From Macrostomum lignano (taxonomy: Eukaryota), in NCBI GenBank assembly GCA_002269645.1, contig NIVC01003383.1:36522-100317 (forward strand): a stretch of 63,796 nucleotides of DNA, written 5' to 3'. This document shows positions 37,551-46,986 of the stretch, one piece after another (position 1 is the first letter of the stretch; each line of letters opens with the position of its first letter). Under the pieces are notes generated by a model that ran no database searches, was not told where the DNA came from, and saw only the letters and a list, made by a program, of their open reading frames with translations. The position numbers and the translations under genes are program-made.

Positions 37551-38274
37551 CAGAGCAGATAGAAACGAGAAGAGATAAGAGAGAAAAGATAAAAGAAGAG
37601 AAAGGAGAGATGAAAGAGCAGACGAGAGAGAAGAGAGGTGAGGGAAGAGACGGGCGACGAGGGGAGAGAGAAGATATAAAACAAGAAAAGAGATGAGTGG
37701 AAAGAGAGAGAGGAAAGATGTGAGGGAAGAGACGAGAGAAGAGAGGGAGAGAGGAGAGAGGAGAGGAGGGAGAAAACGAAAGAGTAGAGAGGAGAGAGAA
37801 GAGCAGAGAGAAAACGAAAAGTAGAAAGGAGAGAGGAGAGGAGAGAGAAAAGAATAGGGAAGAGAGATGAAACAGAAGAGAGATGAGGGAAGATACAAGA
37901 GAAGAGAGGAGAGAGGAGAGAAGAGAGAGGAGAGACGAGGGATGAGAGAGAAGAAAGGAAACAAAGAGACGATAGAAATTTTAAAGGATCCAAGGGACGT
38001 AGGGAGAGTCAGGGAGAGACCAGAGTTTAGCAATATATGTTTTAGAGTCAGACAGACATTGCCTGACATTCTGCGCAGTACCCCAGCCAACAATATCAAC
38101 GTTTGCCTCAAACCCTAATTTTACACGAATGTGCTCCATTTTATGTCTACCTCTATCCTACTAACTATTAACAAGTTTTTGTTTGTGTATGGCCTTAGAT
38201 TTCAGAATACATGCAAAAGTAGTTCCGGAGATTAGAATTCCCCGGGTTCAAAATCCGCGGGTTTCAACAGCTTG
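35278..38274 (+). mobile_element. Non-autonomous Helitron, copy 2 (head-to-tail with copy 1)
   Basis: Junction CTTG|TCTCTACCTATAAAA. Ends CCGCGGGTTTCAACAGCTTG|T. Has an expanded GA-rich interior with (GA)n at ~37455-37545. Confidence 0.75.
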
Positions 38275-38519
38275 TTGTTAAAATAAATGGAAGAATACAG
38301 TAGTTGCACTGTATGCATATGAAAATAAAGAAATACGATACACGCGCTTCTACGAATCACACTGTCACACTAGTAATATACATGTAATACGTATTTTCCG
38401 GGCTAAAGTCCTTGGGAATCATACTTACGTACATAGTACAATGATATTATCCTTGCCCCTGAAGCGCCCGATTTGACGCCCCACTTTTTGGCAACTTTTC
38501 TGTTTGGCGCGAGGCGTGA

Positions 38520-38612
38520 GATTAATATTATTATTAATATCAATATTAATATTAATATTGTTATTATTTATATTATTATTATTAATCTTATTATTATAAT
38601 AATATGATGATG

Positions 38613-38651
<39 letters not shown>

Positions 38652-38675
38652 ATTATTATTATTTTTTAATATTAT
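38520..38675. repeat. (TAT)n AT-rich microsatellite
   Basis: Direct inspection. Confidence 0.85.
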
Positions 38676-38989
38676 AGAACGTAAGAAAACAAGTAAGAGA
38701 GATCGAGCTATTTAAAATAAGCTAGGCCTATTTCCTGGGCGAACCGAAAACAACGTGCAAAATAATTGACAGCAAGGCCTGTCTTACTATGCCAACTGCA
38801 ATGCTGAGCACCGCAGATGTGTACGTACAAGCTTTCAAAAGTTTAAGCAACGAATTTGTACGTTAGCAACTTTTAAGAGAAATAACAAAAGTTTATATAC
38901 AGTACCTATTGAATGCTATCAATAAGGATTAAATTATTCATAAAAAATGAAAATATAGTTTTTTCTTTAGTTACTAAAGTTATCTACTG

Positions 38990-38997
38990 ACTTCCGG
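38990..38997 (+). promoter_or_regulatory. ETS-type motif ACTTCCGG upstream of the microprotein gene
   Basis: Consensus match about 150 bp upstream of ATG 39143 in a locally GC-richer patch. Function is inferred. Confidence 0.3.
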
Positions 38998-39142
38998 CGG
39001 TGACTGTACCATACGCAGCCTAAATTCGAAGGACGAAGGGGACTGTTGCTGTTCAGAATCCGGCATATAGTCAGGGGAATTACATCAAACTAAGCCAGTA
39101 CTAATTCTTATAATAATCTGTTTTACTTACCCTTAAGAAGTC

Positions 39143-39505
39143 ATGTGCATGCAAGTGAAGTGCGAAAAGTGTGGAAAGACAACCTGGAAAGGTAAATATG
39201 CATGCTTCTTTATTTTGTATTTGATAGCCTTATATTTTTTTACAAATAAGGGCAAGTTAAAAGTAAAGTAGCGTTTGGTTTTTTGCTAATTTTTTTAAGT
39301 GCATCGCCATCATGGATTCATAGGACTGTAATTTATAACTATCTAATTTTTCTAAATTCTAGTCAAGTTTTAATGCGTTTGATTGATTATGCCTTGTTTA
39401 ACTAATCTAATGGCAATACATATATCTTATTTAGGTTGTGGCAAACATGTTGACCAAGTCATGAAGAGTGTTCCTGAGGACCAACGTTGCAAGTGTCCAA
39501 GATAG
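39143..39505 (+). CDS. 39-aa Cys/His-rich microprotein MCMQVKCEKCGKTTWKGCGKHVDQVMKSVPEDQRCKCPR (exons 39143-39191, 39435-39505)
   Basis: AAA G|GTAAAT ... TTTAG|GT TGT, phase 1. The pattern C-x5-C-x2-C-x-K-x-TW-x-GCG-x-H-V-x2-VM-x2-VP-x3-RC-x-C resembles small uncharacterised proteins recalled from fungi, plants and actinobacteria. Absent from the ORF track. Confidence 0.85.
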
Positions 39506-41230
39506 AAGACATCTACATACCAAAAGCAAAGTTGAAAGCAAAGTTGAAGTTAATAACAATGACTCATGTTGAGCTAACCAATTATTATATTTCAACAAAA
39601 TTCAATATTGTTTTCTTCTTAATATTGTGATTTGAAAGAAGGCTTCAAAACCAATGAGTTAATATATTCATTCAAATAAAAGGCTTGCATTCATTGGATT
39701 CAATATATCTTTTATTTTATAATGTAATTTATTACCAAAAATGTAAAATGTGATTATGTAAACTATAATATATTGTTCTTTTTTGTCTTCTTTCTTTTTT
39801 ATTTTAATATCAATTGTTTGGCTAGGCCACAGTATTAGCCTTGGTTGGGTTCTAGCAGCCTTGGATATTAGAAGTGAATGAATTATGAATATTCTATAGG
39901 TTTCTAAAATGTAGATAGGAACTAAAGGTGAAAAGCTGCTAAGCCATAACCTCAAACCCAACAGCCAGCCAAAAGATAACAATGAAGATAGCTTAAGCCT
40001 TTACTAACCCAACCACTAGTAACCAAGAAACTCCCCACCTAAGAGCCTGGCTTAGAGAAACCAGAAGATAAACCAAAGGTCTATCACTGCAATGTTATAC
40101 TAGGTCTTTGAGGGGGGAGGACAAAAGGCTGTCTCTAGAGCCTTCAGATTGGCTACATATCTTGTTAAGGTCAGAGGATGGTATTTTACCTGTTCCTCAA
40201 AGCCATGGCCAGAGGTATCAAATATGCATAGGTTCACTTCTAGGCAAAGCCCATACCCAAATTAGTAATAGTGTGGTCAAGACAGAAGCCAAGGCTATGG
40301 ATAGGTTGCTGCCACTAGAGCCTAGTCAGTCCAGCAGCCCTAAAGCTGCCTTGAACACATGCAGGATGTGAACCCTTGGGTCGGCTTGTGAATCAGCTTG
40401 AAGAGTAGGCCTATTCCTGCTCCTGCACCCGAATAGAGGGGTACAGGTGTGTAGGATTGCAGACCTTAGTTTGTAAGCCTGGTTTGTCTCATATACTGGT
40501 TTGCTGAGCCCACCATTGCATGCACTGCTTACTACTACTACTACTGCTACTATTAATACTACTGATACTGCTACTACACTGCTTAAAGTGGGCTGTCAGT
40601 GCCTCTGTCATCTGGGATTGCGCAGTCCCGCGGTCAGAAGTCGGACTCCGGCATCCGGCACTCTCAAGATCTGCAGGTTCCGTCAAAGGCTGCTATCTGG
40701 CGGACCAGATCTGGCATGACCGCGGGCTTCCAGCTAAGAAAGGAGGACTAAGACACCGCGAGCTCACCAACTGGCGAAGCCAAGCTTCCACTGCGGAAGG
40801 CAGCCGAGGGCTCAGTGGCTGATATTTGATTGCATGCACGGACGCGAAACAACTGCTAGGCGCTAAAATTTTCGTTGATTTTGATAGAAGTCTGCAAAAA
40901 TAGCCAAGCTTTTGCTCCAAAATGATTCTTTGAGAACCAAACTTCTCATTCTTCAGACTGCAGCTTCAATGTACAGCATTAAAGAATAAACAAGAATGCC
41001 CGATATCTGTAGGTCAAGCATCAGATCAGCATCAGTTCCAGAGCGTCGCCCCATCAAAATCAGAGTAGAAGTATTTAAAACCGCTAACACAGGGAATGCT
41101 GCTGATGACAGAATAGGAAACTCTTCATCATTTATATTTCAAGGTTGGTAAGGTTTTATTTAGTTTGTTTGGCAGTAACAGTTTGGCATGCCTGCAGCTG
41201 CAGTGGCTTCAATCGGCAGTCACTTTTAAA

Positions 41231-41567
41231 TCAGTTGAACCTCGCATCCAGTGTTTCCGCATTCTCGGGTCTCGCCGCGAACATTTCCGCCAATCCAGTC
41301 GGCCACCCCATGCTTATTCCATTATACGAATTGTTAATGTGCAGCTTCTGCGCATCCGAGATTATGTAGCCCTCCTTCAGAAGAGTCACGATGAAGGCGC
41401 TGTCCAGGCACAAGTAGGCCTTATGCTTGCCGCTAGCGGCGGGTTCACGCAGGACTTCCTCGCGACAGCCTCCAGCTCGCCCACCGCCACCTCGTTTTCT
41501 GAAGTACGTCTGAGATAGCCGAGCCTCTTCAGCGTCCCCGCGGTATAGAAAATGCCGCCGCTATCTT
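41231..41567 (-). pseudogene. C-terminal exon of a GDA1/CD39 (ENTPD5/6-like) NTPDase; fragment, or gene whose upstream exons were not resolved
   Basis: After acceptor CTGCAG at 41568: ...IFYTAG...VAVGELEAVARKSCVN[PAASGKHK]AYLCLDSAFIVTLLKEGY...NGISMGWPTG. Compare ENTPD5 VEDFERKAREVC...FLCMDLSYITALLKDGFGF...ETGWALG as recalled. Needs one base restored at 41441-41443. Confidence 0.65.
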
Positions 41568-41949
41568 CTGCAGAATTGACGAAAATTAATTACGAGTGAT
41601 TGTAGCAATGCAGTGCACCGCTATTTCAGGATTTAATAATTGGATTTCCTAACAAGTCTTTTGAGACATTGGTTCAACTGTAAACAGACAGACAGACAGA
41701 CGATCCCGAATGCTATTTGACAGAAACCGCCATCTGATATCCTGTATGACTTACTTGAGGCGAGGGTCGCCTATTCCGCTAGCCCGTCCTGCAGCGTGCT
41801 TTTCCGTGGGGAAGAAGGTGGCTCATCTAGTCATCCGGAGGAACCGGATGAGCCGTAGGATGCTGTCGGACTGGCAGACCTCGTCAATTGACTGATTCGG
41901 TCCGAGGTAGCGTAGCCGGTCTCTGGTAAAGAAAGGGCAGTGACAAACA

Positions 41950-42340
41950 AAGTGCTTGAGAAGTACAATAAATAAAAATACAAGTATTTTTTATTCCACT
42001 CACGATGTCCGCAACAGCGCGATGAGCTATTATTAGGCCGAATCCGTTTGCTGCAAACACAACCCAGACGCTTTGCGTTGCGTTGTCTGAAAATTTTGGG
42101 GGAAGACGATGAGGCTTCGGTCGTCTTTGATGACCAATGCAGAGCTGACAACCTGGATCTATGAAAGTAAGGGTCGGATTTCATTTCCTAATTCAACGCT
42201 GTTTGACTTCTTTTTTCCGGATCCAAAAAGCAATAAGAGATGCATTTCTTTCTGGGGGCTCTGCATGGCTACGTGTAATCCTGGTGTAATTGTCTATAAT
42301 TAAAATAACTTTTTAGAAAACAAACATTGCACACGAAAGA
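41950..42340. repeat. Interspersed repeat, copy 2 (copy 1 at ~31650-32030)
   Basis: Same orientation as copy 1 and moderately diverged. Confidence 0.85.
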
Positions 42341-42625
42341 AACACAACAGAGCTGCGCGATCCGCTTGCTGGAGACAAAGAAATTCGGGAGCTTACAGAA
42401 ACGCTGCCTTATAGCGCCGTTGACGGCAATCAGATGGGCCTGGCCTGGGTGAAGCTGGACAGATAGGCAGAATTGGCGTTCGGTGCGCCACAGAAATTCT
42501 TCACCAGGCGGCCATCAGCAGGCAGAGGCCAAAAATTAATTTGAGACCTACCTAGCCAACTTTTAATGCATTTGATTGATTATGCTTCATTTGATATGAA
42601 TTGATATGAATAATTTATATTTTAG

Positions 42626-42696
42626 GTTGTGGCAAACATGTCGACCAAGTCATGAAGAATATTCCTGAGGATCAACGTTGCAAGTGTCCAAGATAA
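42626..42696 (+). CDS. Duplicate of microprotein exon 2 (GCGKHVDQVMKNIPEDQRCKCPR*), candidate alternative terminal exon
   Basis: Intact TTTTAG acceptor, same phase and open frame. Upstream intron sequence (TTTTAATGC.TTTGATTGATTATGC) is also duplicated. No own exon 1 was found between 39506 and 42560. Confidence 0.6.
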
Positions 42697-43140
42697 AAGA
42701 TGTATATACTATTACCATTGGCTAGGCCCTATATCATATAGGACCTATGATATCAAATGAATATCATCAAATGAATAGGCCCTATATCATATAGGGCCTA
42801 GCTACCAATTACAATTTTGTTGTAGGGATGATAAAGATTGATATTGAGATGGATATTTTTACTTTTAATGCAAGGGGAGCCCTAAGTCCCTAGGGTCAAG
42901 CAACAGATTTTTGATACTGTATGCCAATTGTGGTTAGGATTGTAAGGGCTCAAGTTAAGATGAATGAAGCCAATAAGGAAGCTGCTTAGCATTTTCCACC
43001 ATCAAAGAAGGCAAGACTGCAAGCAATGAGGCTTTTGCTGCCCAATCAACTCGGGAACCAACTGACACACAGGCCATCGCTCTCACAGAAGATCTTGGTA
43101 AGCATAGGAGATTTTGTTCTTTTAGTCACTTTAACATTGA

Positions 43141-43505
43141 GGGGGCCGTAGCCCAGCGGTAGCGCAGCTGCTCTGGTGTGCCAGCGACCCAGGCTCGATT
43201 CCAAGTGCAATGACATTAATTTGGGGCTGAATTGGAATCTCGGCTTGGCTCTGCTCGTGCAATTAACGGCCTTGAGAGCCAACCCCCCAAGGCGCAGTGA
43301 AGTGTACATGCCTAATGATAAAATAAAGTTAGGGCCGCTGTAGACTCCTGTGTGAGTGTGTGCCTGCGTACGTATCTGCGCGCTTGTGTGCCTGCTCAGG
43401 GGTGTCGGCGGAATGGGCAGCAATGCCTCTCGCCGGTTGTGTGCCTATGTCGCTTAAAGTGCGCCAGGGTGCACACAACCCCGCTGCCTCTAATAAATAA
43501 AAATA
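43141..43505 (+). mobile_element. tRNA-derived SINE
   Basis: Head GGGGGCCGTAGCCCAGCGGTAG (A box)...GGCTCGATTCC (B box). Body shared with the 20272 and 28300 copies. A-rich tail TAATAAATAAAAAT. Confidence 0.7.
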
Positions 43506-43524
43506 CTTTAACATTACAAGGTGA

Positions 43525-43825
43525 GATATGAGAGGGGAGAGAGGTGAGCGAATAGGGGAGAGGACAGAGGGGAGAAAGAGGAGAGAGGAGAGGGTAGGGA
43601 AGAGAGGAGAGGGAAGAAAGAAGAGGGGAGAAAGAGGAAAGAGAAGAGAGGAGAGGAGACGGCAGAGATGGGAGAACGAGGAGAGGAGAGGAGAGGAGAG
43701 AGAAGATGGGAGAGATTAGAGAGGAGGGAAGAGAGGAGAGAGAAGAGGGGAGAGAGAAGAGGGGGAGAGAGAAGAGAGGAGAGAGGAGAGGAAAGAATTA
43801 TATAATATGGGAGAGAGGAGAGAAA
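43525..43825. repeat. GA-rich polypurine tract
   Basis: Direct inspection. Confidence 0.85.
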
Positions 43826-44509
43826 ATCATTGGATCAAAGGCTATTATTTATGGGCGGGGTACTCACATGAAGTGGCTATTCATTAGCAGAGCTAAGTGC
43901 TAATAATTCCTAATTAGCGCTTTTCCTAGGCATTCAAAGGCCAATTTATCCCACACCTTATATAGAAAAAATATTGACATGAGTAAATGGCTTCAAAAGG
44001 TGAATGAAAGCTAAACATTCTCACATAACTGATGGATAGTTTTCTGTTAACCTTTACTGCTATTGTGCATGTCTATAAAGCGTAGAGCAGCGTACTGTAG
44101 CTAAGCACACAACCTCTAAATGTTATTTGTAGAGCAGCTGAGTTATTTACGACCCAATGCAATATCGCTGCATAACAGAACAATGGGCGCTAACTGCATG
44201 CTAGATAAACTTTATTGTGGCCCTGCCTCCTGGCACTTTATGCGTCCCTGCTCAAACAAGCTCTCACTTGCAATAACACAGTATACTATTCTCATTCTCA
44301 CTAGCCCATGGTGGGCTGTGTGCAGTTGAGTAAGTATTGATTGCACGTATAATCACAATAAGATAATACAGATACATTACCGACTTGGGTTTTGATGATT
44401 TTGGAGACCAGCACAGGCTGGCAGCTCTGTTTTCTGAGAAATGCTGCCCACTGACTTGAAAAGGAGCTCAGTTTAACTTACACGTATCAAAAGAGCAGTT
44501 CCTACTATA

Positions 44510-45585
44510 CGAGAACCTGTCTACAGAGGCCAGTTTCCCATGAGAACCCCTGTCTACAGAGGCCAGTTTCCCACGAGAACCCCTGTCTACAGAGGCCAGT
44601 TTCCCATGAGAACCCCTGTCTACAGAGGCCAGTTTCCCACGAGAACCCCTGTCTACAGAGGCCAGTTTCCCACGAGAACCCCTGTCTACAGAGGCCAGTT
44701 TCCCATGAGAACCCCTGTCTACAGAGGCCAGTTTCCCATGAGAACCCCTGTCTACAGAGGCCAGTTTCCCATGAGAACCCCTGTCTACAGAGGCCAGTTT
44801 CCCATGAGAACCCCTGTCTACAGAGGCCAGTTTCCCACGAGAACCCCTGTCTACAGAGGCCAGTTTCCCACGAGAACCCCTGTCTACAGAGGCCAGTTTC
44901 CCACGAGAACCCCTGTCTACAGAGGCCAGTTTCCCATGAGAACCCCTGTCTACAGAGGCCAGTTTCCCATGAGAACCCCTGTCTACAGAGGCCAGTTTCC
45001 CATGAGAACCCCTGTCTACAGAGGCCAGTTTCCCATGAGAACCCCTGTCTACAGAGGCCAGTTTCCCATGAGAACCCCTGTCTACAGAGGCCAGTTTCCC
45101 ATGAGAACCCCTGTCTACAGAGGCCAGTTTCCCATGAGAACCCCTGTCTACAGAGGCCAGTTTCCCACGAGAACCCCTGTCTACAGAGGCCAGTTTCCCA
45201 CGAGAACCCCTGTCTACAGAGGCCAGTTTCCCACGAGAACCCCTGTCTACAGAGGCCAGTTTCCCACGAGAACCCCTGTCTACAGAGGCCAGTTTCCCAC
45301 GAGAACCCCTGTCTACAGAGGCCAGTTTCCCACGAGAACCCCTGTCTACAGAGGCCAGTTTCCCACGAGAACCCCTGTCTACAGAGGCCAGTTTCCCACG
45401 AGAACCCCTGTCTACAGAGGCCAGTTTCCCATGAGAACCCCTGTCTACAGAGGCCAGTTTCCCACGAGAACCCCTGTCTACAGAGGCCAGTTTCCCACGA
45501 GAACACCTGTCTACAGAGGCCAGTTTCCCATAAGAACCCCTGTCTACACAGGCCAGGTTCCATGAGAACCCCTGTTTACAGAGGC
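44510..45585. repeat. Minisatellite, 33-bp unit (GAGAACCCCTGTCTACAGAGGCCAGTTTCCCA[C/T])
   Basis: About 32 almost identical copies differing mainly at one site. Confidence 0.97.
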
Positions 45586-46596
45586 ACTTTCACAGAGACA
45601 GACAGAGTACAGAAATAGATGCAATGATTTATGCAGTCAAGCTTCAAGCTGCATCTACTAGAGTAGTCTCGTGACTGCATTTTTTAATCTGTTTAGTGTG
45701 ACTATACTTTAAAATGAAGGTTTTGCCAATTCTGTAACTAAACTGTATAACTTATCATGATTGTCACTTGAACTATAGCTATTACAACCCTCAGTAAATA
45801 AAGTGCTGGATTGTTGAAGAACCAATTGAATGTCCATTTTCTTCACAATTGTGAAAAAACAGCTATTAATTAAATTTATTTTATCGGTGTTCGCTCGTAT
45901 TGCCATGCGTGTTAAGTAAATGTGAAAAGAACAATTATTTTAAACGACACTAAGTTGCACTGCAGGCTATTAGCAAGGACGAATGTCTGCACGCGTGTAC
46001 TTTAAAGCACAGAGGGAATAATGAAGTGCAGCAATGCGAGAAGGGAAAAGATGCTACAGTTATCTACGGAACGGCAAAACGATATAAAACTATATATAAG
46101 TAATCTTTGTTGACGATACTCAGGTCTTTGTATGCACACCAAAATACGTGTGAAAGCAATTATAAAGTTGGTACTTCACAAAGACTTTTAATGTGAAAAT
46201 TGATTGAAACTAAAGAGATAGCATAGAGGTACCTAGCACTATTATTAGTAAACTAGCGAGGTAAGTAAGAGAATATAAATTGTTCAGCATATGTTTGGCT
46301 TGTCATTATGCTTGCGCAGTGCCTATAACATCATACAAGTAATACTGCGGGACTCGCACGACTAAATTTGCACTCACTGTCTAGGAAAATGTCGGACTCA
46401 GAAGCCGGCAGAGCTTATTCGAGCCATGCATAGCAATTTCTTTAAAACTTTTAGATTAGAAAGGACTGCTTCTTCTGACCTCTAGTACACTCTTCTGAAA
46501 CTGAAGTGCGGTCTAATGACCATTAGGCTACCTATTTAGATATGGTGCGCAAAGCTATAGGGATGGATCTACAAAGCTGTTGGCTGGTCCTGGTAA

Positions 46597-46945
46597 TTAC
46601 TGCTGATATGCTTGAGACTCCACAGTCTCGTCTGCTGCCGCCTCAGACGGGGCGCTGTTTCCGCTGCCCACCTGCAGGCCCAGTAGCTCACTGAGGGCGC
46701 CGGGTAGCGCTGACTGAAATATGCTCATAGGCTGCGACTGCTGCTGTTGCGATGGCGGCGGAGGTCGCGGCGGGGGCGACGTGGAGGAGCCGAAACCGAA
46801 CGCCGTCGCCAGCGGGTCGAAGGCGGAGCCGCCACCTTTGCCTGCTGAAGTGGCGTCGCCTGGCTGCGCTGAGGCAAATGGGTCGTCCGGAATCTCCAGG
46901 TCAGTAAAAACTGGCTTCGGCGGCGGCGGCGGTGGCGGCTGCGCT

Positions 46946-46986
<41 letters not shown>

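Noticed and set aside
34357-38118. L/S/F-rich hydrophobic ORFs as membrane proteins
   Set aside because: They are translations of GA/TC low-complexity tracts inside the Helitron copies.
40489-40920. Overlapping short ORFs around a (TAC)n tract
   Set aside because: No domain similarity or consistent splice structure was found.
44505-45565. 341-352-aa repeat ORFs on both strands
   Set aside because: The 33-bp unit lacks stops in these frames by chance; the ORFs begin and end with the array and have no unique coding flanks.
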